Under the pieces are notes generated by a model. The model saw nothing but the letters and a program-made list of their open reading frames with translations, was not told the origin of the DNA and ran no database searches. Positions 18,847 to 29,358 of a stretch of DNA of 64,000 nucleotides are shown here, piece by piece. The stretch is from Methanomassiliicoccales archaeon. Its GTDB lineage: Archaea; Thermoplasmatota; Thermoplasmata; Methanomassiliicoccales; JAAEEP01. Positions within the stretch are counted from its first letter, which is position 1. Each line of letters opens with the position of its first letter. Position numbers and translations under genes: made by a program. The stretch covers positions 9,898-73,897 of the forward strand of contig JBKHFJ010000005.1 in assembly GCA_046540255.1 (NCBI GenBank). The letters are read 5' to 3'.

Positions 18847-20412
18847 ATGGAAGCGGTTGAGGATTCAATTCAGGACGTCCCTGCCCAGGTGGTCAAGAGG
18901 CTGAAGGCCGCCGTTGGGGAGGAGAACGTCAAGACCAGCAAGTTCGAGAGATTACTATACAGTCACGATCTCGCCCCACTGCCCAAGGAGGTCCAGTTGG
19001 CCTTCAAGAACGTGCCGGATGTGGTGGTGAAGCCCACCTCCACCGAGGACGTTAAGAATGTGGTCAGGATCGCCAAGGAGGCCGGCATACCAGTGACGCC
19101 AAGGGGCAGCGCCACCTGGGGCCTGGGAGGCGCCATGTCCGCGTTCGGCGGGATCATGCTGGACATCTCCGGTTCGATGAACAAGATCGAGAGGATCGAC
19201 AAGGATAACCTCTACGTCACCGCCCAGGCCGGGGCCACCTGGAAGGAGGTGTACGATAGGTGCCTGGAGGAAGGTCTGCTCCTGGGGGCTTACCCCAGCA
19301 GCTTTCCCTCCGCCACCCTGGCCGGGTGGATCTCCACCGCGGGGATAGGGGTCGGTGGCTACAAGTACGGGTCCGCTGGCCATGAGATCCGCAACCTGGA
19401 GGTGGTCATGCCGGATGGCTCCGTGGTGGAGACCGGGTTCGACGCCCTCTCCGACAACGGGGCCGGTTACAACCTGAACTGGCTGATGGTGGGGGCCGAG
19501 GGCACCCTGGGGATCATCACCAAGGTCACCTTCCGGCTGGAGCCGGGTCCGGAGGAGATGAGGCCCCTGGCCTACGATTTCCCCAAGCTGGAGGACATGG
19601 GCGAGCCGCTCATGGAGCTCACCCGTTCCCGCAGCGTCCACCCCCTGCACATACTGTTCTACGACGGGGCCCACTTCGAGATGCTCCGCAAGGCCGGGAA
19701 GGACGCCCCCGAGGTGGGCTCGATGCTGTTCCTCATGCTGGAGGGCGCGAAGTCCATGGTGGACCTGGAGGAGGAGAACCTGGACGCCATCATGGAGAAG
19801 CACGGTGGAAAGAAACTCAGCCAGGAGATCGCCGAGCACGAGTGGGAGGAGCGCTGCTACGAGTTCCGCGCCCGGGAGATCGGGCTGGGCCACATCCCCG
19901 GGGAGGTGGTGGTGGCCACCAAGGACTTCTCACGGTTCGCCAGGGACACCTTCGCCCTCATGGACGAGTACAAGATGGAAGGAGGGATGACTGGCATGCT
20001 CCAGGACCGCAACACGGTGATGTTCATGCCCTACTATTTCTTCGACCCGGAGAATCCCCTGAGCATGACCTCGTTCTCCTTCAACAAGAAGTTCGCCGAC
20101 CTGTCCTTCGAGTACGGCGGGAGGCCGCTGGGTTTGGGCATATTCTTCGCCTCCAACCTGGGGAGGATCAGGGGAGAGGCGGGCGCCAAGCTGATGAAGA
20201 CCATCAAGAACTGCGTCGATCCCAAGGACATCATGAACCCGGGCACGCTGCTGGCCACGGTGACCAGGCAGAAGATCTCCATCCCCTCCCAGCTGTTCAA
20301 CCTGGGCATGAACCTGATGGCCGCGGGGAAGAAGATGATGCCCAGGGACGATGCGGTCAAGACCAAGGCCAAGGAGTACGAGATCGAGAAGAGGAGCAGA
20401 TGGGAGCACTAG
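18847..20412 (+). CDS. FAD-linked oxidase (GlcD / D-lactate dehydrogenase family)
   Basis: 521 aa with an FAD_binding_4-like N-terminus (PDVVVKPTSTEDVKNVVRIAKEAGIPVTPRGSATWGLGGA). Confidence 0.8.
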   Translation: MEAVEDSIQDVPAQVVKRLKAAVGEENVKTSKFERLLYSHDLAPLPKEVQLAFKNVPDVVVKPTSTEDVKNVVRIAKEAGIPVTPRGSATWGLGGAMSAFGGIMLDISGSMNKIERIDKDNLYVTAQAGATWKEVYDRCLEEGLLLGAYPSSFPSATLAGWISTAGIGVGGYKYGSAGHEIRNLEVVMPDGSVVETGFDALSDNGAGYNLNWLMVGAEGTLGIITKVTFRLEPGPEEMRPLAYDFPKLEDMGEPLMELTRSRSVHPLHILFYDGAHFEMLRKAGKDAPEVGSMLFLMLEGAKSMVDLEEENLDAIMEKHGGKKLSQEIAEHEWEERCYEFRAREIGLGHIPGEVVVATKDFSRFARDTFALMDEYKMEGGMTGMLQDRNTVMFMPYYFFDPENPLSMTSFSFNKKFADLSFEYGGRPLGLGIFFASNLGRIRGEAGAKLMKTIKNCVDPKDIMNPGTLLATVTRQKISIPSQLFNLGMNLMAAGKKMMPRDDAVKTKAKEYEIEKRSRWEH

Positions 20413-20430
20413 TCTCCCGAAAACCCTTCC

Positions 20431-23028
20431 TCACTCCACGTATCTCTGGGGCTCTCGGTCGAAGCTCTCCTTGCATCCCGGGGCGCAGAAGTAGTAGCTC
20501 CTGCCCTCGTACTCGGACCTCCATTCGCAGGTGCGCCGGTCCACCTCCATGCCGCAGACAGGATCGATCGTCCCCGATCTCCCCCGCTTGATCTCTGGGG
20601 TGTACCGCTTCAACAGGGCCGCGTTGGAGACCACGGAGACGGAGCTCATGGCCATGGCGGCGGCCGCTATGATCGGGTCAAGTAGGACATCGATGAAGGG
20701 GTAGAGCACCCCGGCGGCGATGGGTATGCCTGCGGTGTTGTAGGCGAAGGCCCAGAAGAGGTTCTGTCTGATCTTGCTCATGGTCCTCTGGCTCAGCTGG
20801 AGGGCCGCCACCACGTCACGCGGATCGTCCCTCATCAGCACGATGTCCCCGGTCTCCACCGCCACGTCGGTGCCGCTGCCCAGGGCTATGCCGATATCGG
20901 CCTGGGCCAGTGCGGGCGCGTCGTTGATCCCGTCGCCCACCATGGCCACCCTCCTACCCTCCGCCTGCAGTCGGGAGATCTCCCGGGCCTTGTCCGAGGG
21001 CATCACCTCGGCCAGCACCTGATCCACGCCCAGGGAGTCCGCTACCGCCCTGGCCGTCCTCCAGTTGTCCCCGGTGATCATGGCCACCTCCACTCCCATC
21101 CTCCTCAGCTCCGAGACGGCCTCCTCCGCACCCTCCTTCAGGGTGTCGGCAACGCCGATGAGTCCCACCGTGCTTCCGGAGCGGGCCACCACCATCACCG
21201 TCCTTCCCCCCTCCTCAAGGGCCTCGATGTCTCCCTCGTGCCCGGAGAGGTCCACCTGGAACTCCTCCATCATCCGGCGGTTGCCCAGCAGTACCTGCTC
21301 CCCGTTCACCACGGCCCTCACCCCCTTCCCAGGGAGGGCGGATAGCCCGCTGGCCTCCGGAAGCTCCAGCCCCCTCCCCTCAGCGGAGGAGACGATCGAC
21401 CGGGCCAGAACATGCTCGGAGCCCCTCTCCACCGCCCCTGCCAGGGAGAGCAGCTCCTCCTCGGAGAGGCCGTACGCCACCAGGTCGGTCACCACCGGAT
21501 CGCCCTTGGTCAAGGTGCCCGTCTTGTCGAACACGATGGTGTCCATCCTCCCGGCGGTCTCCAGGGATTCGCCTCCCTTGATCAGGATGCCGTTCTCCGC
21601 CCCCTTGCCGGTCCCCACCATGATGGCGGTGGGGGTGGCCAGCCCCAGGGCGCAGGGGCAGGCGATCACCAGCACGGTGATGAAGACGGTGAGGGAGAAC
21701 ACGAAGCGGGGCGTGACTATGTCCAGGGCGGGATATCCGATGAAGAACCAGGCGAGGAACGCCACGATGGCGATGCCGATCACCGCGGGCACGAAGTAGG
21801 ACGCCACCCTGTCCGCCACCCTCTGGATGGGCGCCCTGGACCCCTGGGCCTCCTCCACCAGCCTGATGATCTGGGCCAAGGTGGTATCTTCGCCCACCTT
21901 TGTCGCCCTCACCCTGATCAGGCCGTTCTGGTTGACGGTGGCCCCGATGACCTCGTCCCCTTCTCCCTTGCCCACCGGGATGCTCTCCCCGGTGATCATC
22001 GACTCGTCCACCGAGGAGCTCCCCTCCATCACTTGGCCGTCGGTGGGTATCCTCTCCCCCGGCTTGACGATCAGGAGGTCCCCCTTCCTGACCTCCTCCA
22101 CCGGCACCTCCGTTTCCTCCCCCTCCCTGACCACCCTCGCCGAGCTGGGCCTCAGGCCGAGCAGCTTCCTTATGGAGTCCGAGGTCCTTCCCTTGGCCCG
22201 GGCCTCCAGGAACTTGCCCAGCAGTATGAGGGAGATGATCAGGGCAGAGGTGTCGAAGTAGACGTCGTGCAGGGCCACCGCCGTGGGGAAGAAGGTGACC
22301 AGGGTGCTGTAGAGGTAGGCGGACGAGGTGCCCATGGCGATCAGGGTGTCCATGTTGGCGGTGCGGTTCCTCAGGGCCGTGTAGGCACCCCGGTAGAACT
22401 GGTACCCGGCCACCAGCTGCACCGGGGTGGCCAGCAGGAACAGGAACAGGTTCCCGTACTCCTCCACGAGAGCGAGGCCACCGAGATCGGTCATGCCAAA
22501 GAGCATGGTCAGCAGGAAGGTGGGCACGCTGAACGCGAGGCTGAACAGCAGCATCCTGCGCCGATCGGTGGACTCCTCCCTCTCCTCCTTCTCGGCCTCA
22601 AGGACCTGGTATCCGGCCTCCTCGATGGCCTCTTTGATCCGCTGGGGCGAGATCAGACCGGGCTCGTACTCCACCGACACGCTGTCGGTGGCCAGGTTGA
22701 TGTCCGCCTGGACCACCCCTTCCCGTGAGGTCAGGGCCTTCTCCACCGTGTTGGCGCAGGAGGCACAGCGCATGCCCCCCACCTCGAGATCCAACCGGTC
22801 GGTATCCACCCGGTACCCGGCCTCCCTGACCGCTTCTATGATACTCCCGAGGTCCACCTGGGAAGGGTCATACCTCACCGAGGCACTCTCCGAGGCGAGG
22901 TTGACGTTGGCCTGATCCACACCCTCCAAGGTGGACAGGGCCCGCTGGACCGTGGCCGCGCAGGAGGCGCAGTGCATCCCGGAGATTCCGAAGGTAACGC
23001 TTCTCAGGTCACCCCCCGCCTCGTTCAT
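20431..23028 (-). CDS. copA: copper-translocating P1B-type ATPase with two N-terminal HMA domains and a C-terminal YHS/TRASH domain
   Basis: [11 protein letters not shown] and [11 protein letters not shown] (HMA domains), CPC ([11 protein letters not shown]), [18 protein letters not shown]-terminus: DPVCGMEV…[12 protein letters not shown]. Confidence 0.95.
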   Translation of the reverse strand: MNEAGGDLRSVTFGISGMHCASCAATVQRALSTLEGVDQANVNLASESASVRYDPSQVDLGSIIEAVREAGYRVDTDRLDLEVGGMRCASCANTVEKALTSREGVVQADINLATDSVSVEYEPGLISPQRIKEAIEEAGYQVLEAEKEEREESTDRRRMLLFSLAFSVPTFLLTMLFGMTDLGGLALVEEYGNLFLFLLATPVQLVAGYQFYRGAYTALRNRTANMDTLIAMGTSSAYLYSTLVTFFPTAVALHDVYFDTSALIISLILLGKFLEARAKGRTSDSIRKLLGLRPSSARVVREGEETEVPVEEVRKGDLLIVKPGERIPTDGQVMEGSSSVDESMITGESIPVGKGEGDEVIGATVNQNGLIRVRATKVGEDTTLAQIIRLVEEAQGSRAPIQRVADRVASYFVPAVIGIAIVAFLAWFFIGYPALDIVTPRFVFSLTVFITVLVIACPCALGLATPTAIMVGTGKGAENGILIKGGESLETAGRMDTIVFDKTGTLTKGDPVVTDLVAYGLSEEELLSLAGAVERGSEHVLARSIVSSAEGRGLELPEASGLSALPGKGVRAVVNGEQVLLGNRRMMEEFQVDLSGHEGDIEALEEGGRTVMVVARSGSTVGLIGVADTLKEGAEEAVSELRRMGVEVAMITGDNWRTARAVADSLGVDQVLAEVMPSDKAREISRLQAEGRRVAMVGDGINDAPALAQADIGIALGSGTDVAVETGDIVLMRDDPRDVVAALQLSQRTMSKIRQNLFWAFAYNTAGIPIAAGVLYPFIDVLLDPIIAAAAMAMSSVSVVSNAALLKRYTPEIKRGRSGTIDPVCGMEVDRRTCEWRSEYEGRSYYFCAPGCKESFDREPQRYVE

Positions 23029-23207
23029 GCATCCCCCTCGGCAGCTTGTGGTCTATCAACCTTTTGGCGGACGTTGCTTCTTTGGTGGCGACCGAATCCC
23101 ATCTAGATAGGTCACTGGCTTCTCTTAATTTATGTAACACATAACCCGAAAAATATTATCGAACAGTAGAAAAGTCTATATCCCCCCTGTTTCAATGTTT
23201 TATTCGT

Positions 23208-23810
23208 ATGAATCTGGATACCACTGATGTGAACATCCTCAAAGTTCTCCAGGACAACGGTCGCCTCTCCTTCAGGCAGATCTCCGAGAGGGTGAAGGTG
23301 AGTGTTCCCACCGTCAGCAACAAGATCTCCAACATGGAGAACATGGGGGTGATCCGGGGATATCAGGCCGACATGGACACGGAGAGACTGGGGGAGATCA
23401 GCGTCATCCTCAACATAAAGGCCAAACCCTCGGACCTGAGACAGGTGGCGGAGCACTTCGAGGAGGAGGAGAACGTTCGTACCATTTTTACTCTGAGCAA
23501 CGGCCATCTCCTCATGATCTGTACCTTCACCGACTCCCATCGGATAAACGAGTTCATCAAGAGGTTGGGGAACATTTCCGAGATCGTGGAGTACGACATA
23601 GCCAACATCGTCAGCGTTCTCAAGGAGGATCACCGGGCCCTGGTTAAGCTGGGCGCATCGGTGGTGCTGGAATGCGCCCAGTGCAGGAAGGACATCTGGG
23701 ACGAGGCCCTGAAGATCAAGTTGGAGGGCAGGGACTACTACCTGTGCAGCGAGGAGTGCGTGGATACCTTCCAGGAGAAGTTCGAGAAGAAGGCCGCCTC
23801 CTCCGGGTGA
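23208..23810 (+). CDS. Lrp/AsnC-type HTH regulator with a C-terminal TRASH metal-binding domain (CopR-like)
   Basis: N-terminus: DVNILKVLQDNGRLSFRQISERVKVSVPTVSNKI. C-terminus: CAQCRKDI…YYLCSEECVDTF. It is divergent from copA. Confidence 0.85.
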   Translation: MNLDTTDVNILKVLQDNGRLSFRQISERVKVSVPTVSNKISNMENMGVIRGYQADMDTERLGEISVILNIKAKPSDLRQVAEHFEEEENVRTIFTLSNGHLLMICTFTDSHRINEFIKRLGNISEIVEYDIANIVSVLKEDHRALVKLGASVVLECAQCRKDIWDEALKIKLEGRDYYLCSEECVDTFQEKFEKKAASSG

Positions 23811-23836
23811 TCGAGCAGACCGAAGCGGACCACGGG

Positions 23837-24527
23837 TCAGATCATGCCCAGTTCCCCGAGCAGATCGGGCAGCTCGCCGGCGCTGTCGATGAGCATCTCC
23901 AGTCCCTTGTCCCTCCACATCCCCTCATCGTAGGTCCCGGACAGGACGCCGACGAACAGGGCGCCGGATCTCAGCGCACACTCCAGGTCCATGTGGTGGT
24001 CCCCCACGAACAGGCATTCCCTGGCCTCCACGCCGAGCCGGTTGGCCAATCTCTCCATGGCTATGCCGTTCGGCTTGGACTCCCACCAGGCGTAATCGTC
24101 CCGGCAGATCATGTCGTCGATGAGGGGATCGAGACCGGTCTTCCTCAGGGTGCTCTCGGCGTACTTCCTGGAACCCCTGGTCAGCACCGCCACCCTGAAT
24201 CCGTTGCCCCTCAGGAGGTGCAGGACCCCCTCCACCCCATCGATGGGCTTGTTGTGCTCGATCGAGTCCAGCTCGATGTCCGAGAGGAGGGACTCGATGT
24301 GGCTCTCGGTGCTCTCCAGCTCCGCTTCCCTGCCCTCGCCCACCATGTGATCCCTGGCCATCTCCATGTTCTGGCCCACCGTCTCCCCCATGTTGACCAG
24401 CTCGGAGGGCACTCCCCGCTCGTTGAAGGTCTCCACCACCTTCTGCTTCATCTTCCTGAAGTCGATCTCGCTTTTGACCAGGGTTCCGTCCAAATCGAAG
24501 ATGATGGCCTTGATAGGTATGTTTCAT
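23837..24527 (-). CDS. HAD-superfamily phosphatase (apparent frameshift or non-canonical start at the 5' end)
   Basis: HAD motifs are in frame from IKAIIFDLDGTLV (codon at 24514). The only SD-preceded ATG (24527, overlapping the upstream stop as ATGA) is in another frame. The track start (TTG 24493) would delete the nucleophile Asp. Confidence 0.6.
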
Positions 24528-24766
24528 GCCTCCTTGGTACGTTGCCATCCACCCAGGAAGGTCTCCAGCCTCTGCACGCCCTCCAGTTGACCTATCCGAT
24601 CCCGGATGTACTTGACGATGCTCTCCTCGTCCGAGTCTATCTTCAGCAGGAGGTCGTACTCCTTCAGTAGAGCGTAGATCTCGGAGACCTCCACCAGCCC
24701 CATCAGCCTCTCCTTTAACTCCCGGATCTTCTTGGGATTGGTGTTTATGAGCATGAAGGAAGTCAT
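24524..24766 (-). CDS. stand-alone Lrp/AsnC ligand-binding (RAM) domain protein
   Basis: 80 aa with the typical AsnC_trans_reg pattern (…VSEIYALLKEYDLLLKIDSDEESIVKYIRDRIGQLEGVQRLETF). Confidence 0.7.
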   Translation of the reverse strand: MTSFMLINTNPKKIRELKERLMGLVEVSEIYALLKEYDLLLKIDSDEESIVKYIRDRIGQLEGVQRLETFLGGWQRTKEA

Positions 24767-24815
24767 CCTATCGCCTCCGTCCCCTTATACTATCAGAGCT
24801 TCTATATATACGCTG

Positions 24816-25781
24816 TCACTCCCGGCCGTTCCTGGCGCTCTCCAGGTACCATTCCGCGGTCCTGTGGATGCCCTCTTCCAGAGGCGTTTGATCGCCCAGT
24901 TCCATCCCCGTCCCCTTGCCCCGGTGGTCCTTCCCGAACAGCTTGACCACGAAGGTGGAAAGTCCCGCGTCCCTCCGATACCCGGTGAGGGCGGCCTTCA
25001 GCTCGCTCAGCCTGGCAACGGTCAGCGCGGTCCTGTATCCCACCCGCCTGAAATCCCTCTCCACGCCGAGCTCCCTCGTCACCAGGGAGTACACCTCCTG
25101 GAGCGAGGTCATCCTACCCTCGATGTCGTATGCGGCATCATCTTCCTGGTCGGCCCAGGCGATGATGAACGCCCGGACCAGATCGTCTATGTAGACCAGG
25201 GGGAACCTGGTGGACCCGTCCCCTATGATCATCGGATCCCCCTGGTCCACGGTGGAGAACCAGTGATAGGCGGCGGTGTAGTCCCTGGGACCGTAGATGA
25301 CGCCTGGCCGAAGGGCCACCGCGCGCGTGCCGGTGCCCTGACAGACCTTGAAGAGCTCCTCCTCGGCCTCCGCCTTCGAGCGGCAGTACTTGTCCGATAT
25401 CCTGGAACCGTTCTCCCGCTCCCCGTCCAGTCCGTGGACGCCCATGGAGCTGGCGTGGATCACCTCCCCCACACCGTTCCTCACCGCGGCCAGTGCCAGG
25501 TTCCTGGTCCCGAGGACGTTGATCCCGCGCAGCTCACTATAGGGGGCGACGTGCCTCACCGCTCCCGCGCAGTGGAACATGGTGTCGATGTCCCCGGTGG
25601 CATCGGCGACGGAATCGGGGTCGGACAGGTCGGCGTACCTCACCTCGTCCAAATGACCTTCCACCGAGGAGAGGTCGCTGGTCCGCCTGGCCAATGCGAT
25701 CACCTCGTGTCCGCGTCCCTTGAGCTCCTCGACCAGGTGCCCGCCCAGGAAGCCCGATGCGCCCGTGACCATTGTTCTCAT
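24816..25781 (-). CDS. NAD-dependent epimerase/dehydratase (extended SDR) family protein
   Basis: MRTMVTGASGFLGGHLVEEL Rossmann motif. ATG 25781 is preferred over the TTG at 25796. Confidence 0.8.
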   Translation of the reverse strand: MRTMVTGASGFLGGHLVEELKGRGHEVIALARRTSDLSSVEGHLDEVRYADLSDPDSVADATGDIDTMFHCAGAVRHVAPYSELRGINVLGTRNLALAAVRNGVGEVIHASSMGVHGLDGERENGSRISDKYCRSKAEAEEELFKVCQGTGTRAVALRPGVIYGPRDYTAAYHWFSTVDQGDPMIIGDGSTRFPLVYIDDLVRAFIIAWADQEDDAAYDIEGRMTSLQEVYSLVTRELGVERDFRRVGYRTALTVARLSELKAALTGYRRDAGLSTFVVKLFGKDHRGKGTGMELGDQTPLEEGIHRTAEWYLESARNGRE

Positions 25782-25949
25782 GTTGATCCTCGGCAAGGGT
25801 CATCGTCATCATGATATTAAGTGGGCTAGGTCCGCTGCCCACTCCAGACTCCCTCCGGAAAGATAGTATTTAAAGTCAATTGTAGCATGCTCAAATCGGT
25901 TTTATATACGCAGGAGGGGGGATTCTCACACAACTTGGAGGAATAACAT

Positions 25950-26528
25950 ATGGTATCTGATAACGGGTCGAATGTGAGGATGCTCAAGGAGAGCTACCCG
26001 AGATACGGGTTCGAGCCCCTTTCCATGCTGATCGAGTCGGGATGGGACGCACTCTGCATAACCAGACTTCACCCGGATTATGTGAGGCAGAAGTTCGGCC
26101 TCGGGAGCACCAAGTGCCTGTGGTTGAGCTCACGGAAGGGAAAGGACTCCCTCTCCCCCAAGTCCATGAGCCATCTGGTGAGGGAGATCAAGGGTCACCT
26201 GAGCGGCGAGGGGAACACGGTGGTCTTCCTGGATGGGATGGAGTACCTGCTGCTGTGGAACGCCATGAGCAAGGTCCTCTCCACCCTGAAGGAGATCGAT
26301 TCCCTGATGTCCAAGGAGAACGGTGAGATGCTGATGTGCATCGATCCCCTGACGCTGGAGAAGAAGGACCTGGACAGGCTGGACAGATTTCCCCACCACT
26401 CCGCCTACGAGGTGGTGGAGATACTCTCTAGCAGACTACCTCAGCAAACCGCCGGAGGCGTGCCAGGGAGCGCTGGTCAAAGAGTCGGGGATCTACTGAG
26501 ATCAGGAGAACTGCACGCCGCTCCATAG
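25950..26528 (+). CDS. DUF835 domain protein (copy 1)
   Basis: GWDALCITRLHPDYVRQKF…CLWLS…VVFLDGMEYLLLWN…LMCIDPLTLEKKDLDRL matches the DUF835 pattern. An SD lies before the ATG. The ~35-aa tail runs antisense into copy 2. Confidence 0.65.
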   Translation: MVSDNGSNVRMLKESYPRYGFEPLSMLIESGWDALCITRLHPDYVRQKFGLGSTKCLWLSSRKGKDSLSPKSMSHLVREIKGHLSGEGNTVVFLDGMEYLLLWNAMSKVLSTLKEIDSLMSKENGEMLMCIDPLTLEKKDLDRLDRFPHHSAYEVVEILSSRLPQQTAGGVPGSAGQRVGDLLRSGELHAAP

Positions 26529-26970
26529 ATATCTCGTTCAGCTGCTCCACGAAGATCTGCAGCTTGGAGAAGTCGTTGAACAGCGAGAGGTACTCGATCC
26601 CCTCCAGCACCACTATCCCCTTCTCGTTCCTGGCCAGGAACGAGTCGGCCGCCTCCCTTATCCCGTCGAGGCTGGAACCGGATACGGAGTGATCGGTCCC
26701 CCTTTCGCTCAGCCAGATGAACTCGAAGTCCCCCTCTCCCCACATCGACCTTAGGATGTCGGGGTGGTAGCGGGAGATGCACAGCAGGGTGTAACCCGAG
26801 GCCACGAAGTCCTTCGCGAGGGACATGGTCTTCTCGGTCCTCTTATCGATCACCAGGTGCATCCTGCCCCGATCGAAGCTCAGCACGCTACCTTCCACAT
26901 CGACATCGATGGACTCCACCCGTGCACAGCTGTCGCAGGCCGTCATTTTCCCGACTCCATATCCAGGCAT
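26428..26970 (-). CDS. DUF835 domain protein (copy 2)
   Basis: GYTLLCISRYHPDILRSMW…FIWLS…IVVLEGIEYLSLFN…LLISVDPRLFDQRSLARL. It is convergent with copy 1. Confidence 0.65.
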   Translation of the reverse strand: MPGYGVGKMTACDSCARVESIDVDVEGSVLSFDRGRMHLVIDKRTEKTMSLAKDFVASGYTLLCISRYHPDILRSMWGEGDFEFIWLSERGTDHSVSGSSLDGIREAADSFLARNEKGIVVLEGIEYLSLFNDFSKLQIFVEQLNEISMERRAVLLISVDPRLFDQRSLARLRRFAEVVC

Positions 26971-27078
26971 CGCCTGGGGGCTCCTTTCTCTAGGCCATAC
27001 GTTATTAAAGCTTTACGTAGTCTCGGCTGGCATCCTCACATACACAGTGGCCGGGATATCTACTTTACTGCTCTGATA

Positions 27079-27972
27079 TCATGAACGGGAATCCTGGGAG
27101 ATCATGGCCCTCGTACCTTCAGGGGTGCGGACGCCCATCGCCATGTACTCGGTATTGTGGGCGCAGCCCACCTCCCCCCGGTGGTCGATGGCGATGACCC
27201 CTCCTATGCCGTTCACCAGGGAGGAGAGCTCGTCCACCGAGTCCCTGCAGGCCTCCATGGCCCCCTTTCCCCTCTCCACGTGCTCGCAGACCCTTCGGGC
27301 CATGGTCACGCGCATGAGGGACTCCCCCCATCCGGTGGCCGACACCCCGGCGGAGCGCTCGTCTGCACAGGTCCCGCAGCCCACCAGCGCGCTGTCGCCC
27401 ACCCTGCCCTTGGCCTTGTTCGGTGTTCCCCCGGTGGAGGTGGCCGCACAGATGGAGCCCTCGGGACCGATGGCCACCGCCCCCACCGTGCCCCTCCGCC
27501 TGAACACCGTTCCCGGGTCGTCGTCCCTCTCCATCCACCGCTCCCTCTCCCTCTCGGTCAGTAGGGACCTGGTGGTCACGGTGGGCATGCCCCTTTCCCT
27601 GGCGAAGTCCAGTGCCCCGGTGGACACCAGCATGCAGTGTTCGCTGTCCTCCATGATCCGTCGGGCCAGGGTGATGGGGTGGGCTATGCAGCTGACCGAG
27701 GCCACCGCGCCCATGGAAAGGTCCCCCCTCATGATCATGGCGTCCATCTCCACCTCCCCCTCCCTGGTCAGGAAGGAGCCCCTGCCGGCGTCGAAGGTGG
27801 CATCGTCCTCCATGTGCCTGACCGCCCCCTCCACCGCGTCCGCCGGGCTGCCGGAGCCCAGCAGAGCATCGAAACCCACCTCGGCGGCCGCCCGGCAGCC
27901 TTCCAGGTGAGGCCGGTGTCTGTGTCGGGGGATGCTCCACCCCCCTCCGTGAACGATGATCGACGGCTCCAT
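27079..27972 (-). CDS. isoaspartyl peptidase / L-asparaginase (Ntn-hydrolase, asparaginase_2 family)
   Basis: IIVHGGGW…DAGRGS…GTVGAVA (Thr nucleophile)…GGTPNKAKGRVGDS. ATG 27972 is 2 nt after the trpB2 stop. The track ORF to 28500 is an alternate-frame extension. Confidence 0.85.
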   Translation of the reverse strand: MEPSIIVHGGGWSIPRHRHRPHLEGCRAAAEVGFDALLGSGSPADAVEGAVRHMEDDATFDAGRGSFLTREGEVEMDAMIMRGDLSMGAVASVSCIAHPITLARRIMEDSEHCMLVSTGALDFARERGMPTVTTRSLLTERERERWMERDDDPGTVFRRRGTVGAVAIGPEGSICAATSTGGTPNKAKGRVGDSALVGCGTCADERSAGVSATGWGESLMRVTMARRVCEHVERGKGAMEACRDSVDELSSLVNGIGGVIAIDHRGEVGCAHNTEYMAMGVRTPEGTRAMISQDSRS

Positions 27973-27974
27973 GG

Positions 27975-29297
27975 TCAGGAGGAGGGGGGCAGCTCCCCGG
28001 AGAGGAACTTGTCGTACCCGGAGAGGTCCAGCAGACCGTGGCCGGAGAAGTTGAACACGATGGTCTTCTCCTCGCCGGTCCTCTTGGCCTCGACCGCCTT
28101 GTCGATGGCCGCCTTGATGGCGTGATTGGTCTCCGGCGCCGGGATGATCCCCTCGCTCTGGGCGAAGGTGACCCCGGCCTGGAAGGTCTCGGTCTGGTCG
28201 TAGCTGACCGAGGTGATCAGGCCCAGATTGTTGAGCAGGCTGACCGTCGGTGCCATTCCGTGGTAGCGGAGCCCCCCGGCATGGATCGAGGGGGGCGTGA
28301 AGTCGTGGCCCAGGGTGAACATCTTGAGCAGGGGGGTCATGCCGGCGGTGTCCCCGTAGTCGTACTCGTACAGCCCACCGGTGAGGGTGGGCACCGATCC
28401 CGGCTCGGCGGCGATGAACTCGGTCTCCACCCCGTTGCGCAGCTTCTCCCCGATCATGGGGAAGGTGAATCCGGCGAAGTTGCTGCCCCCGCCGGCGCAT
28501 CCGATCATGTAGTCAGGCTGTACATCGATCCGGTCCAGCTGCTCCATCACCTCCTGCCCGATGACGGTCTGGTGCAGCATGACGTGGTTCAGCACGCTTC
28601 CCAGACTGTAGTTGGTCTTGGGGTCCTCAACCGCCTGCTCGATCGCCTCGCTGATGGCTATCCCCAGCGTCCCGGGGGTGTCCGGCGTCTTCTCCAACAC
28701 GCTCCTGCCGAACTTGGTCCTATCCGAGGGGGAGGGGAAGACGGTGGCCCCGTAGGTCTGCATGACGTTCCTCCTGTAGGGCTTCTGATCGAAGGAGATG
28801 CGGACCATGTACACGGTGCAGTCCAGGTCGAACAGGTTGCAGGCCAGGCTGAGGGCGCTTCCCCACTGACCGGCGCCGGTCTCGGTGGAGAGGTTCTCTA
28901 TGCCCTCCTTCATGTTGTAGTAGGCCTGGGCCACCGCGGTGTTGGACTTGTGGCTGCCCGTGGGGCTGAGGTCCTCCCGCTTGAAGTAGATCCTTGCCGG
29001 GGTGTTGAGCCTCCTCTCCAGATGGACCGCCCTCTGCAGCGGTGAGGGACGGTTGAGCATCACCAGGGCGTCCTGGACCTCGTCCGGGATGTCGATGTAC
29101 CTCTGATCGGACATCTCCTGCTCCAGCAGCCCCTTGGGGAAGATTAGCCCCAGCTCCTCCGGGGCGGCGGGCTCCCGGGTCTTCCCGTTCAGTGGTGGGG
29201 GGAGCGGCTCGGGCAGATCGGAAATGATGTTGTACCATCTGTTGGGGATTTCGTCGACCCCCAGCTGGACCCTGATGTCGTTGACCGGATCGTTCAT
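27975..29297 (-). CDS. trpB2: TrpB2-type tryptophan synthase beta-like PLP enzyme
   Basis: 440 aa with …[25 protein letters not shown]…[12 protein letters not shown]…[11 protein letters not shown]…, the typical long-form TrpB2. Confidence 0.85.
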   Translation of the reverse strand: MNDPVNDIRVQLGVDEIPNRWYNIISDLPEPLPPPLNGKTREPAAPEELGLIFPKGLLEQEMSDQRYIDIPDEVQDALVMLNRPSPLQRAVHLERRLNTPARIYFKREDLSPTGSHKSNTAVAQAYYNMKEGIENLSTETGAGQWGSALSLACNLFDLDCTVYMVRISFDQKPYRRNVMQTYGATVFPSPSDRTKFGRSVLEKTPDTPGTLGIAISEAIEQAVEDPKTNYSLGSVLNHVMLHQTVIGQEVMEQLDRIDVQPDYMIGCAGGGSNFAGFTFPMIGEKLRNGVETEFIAAEPGSVPTLTGGLYEYDYGDTAGMTPLLKMFTLGHDFTPPSIHAGGLRYHGMAPTVSLLNNLGLITSVSYDQTETFQAGVTFAQSEGIIPAPETNHAIKAAIDKAVEAKRTGEEKTIVFNFSGHGLLDLSGYDKFLSGELPPSS

Positions 29298-29358
29298 GTA
29301 CGGGGAATCGCGGGATAGGTACTTAACATTTATGAGCTTTAATGTATGCTAATATACA

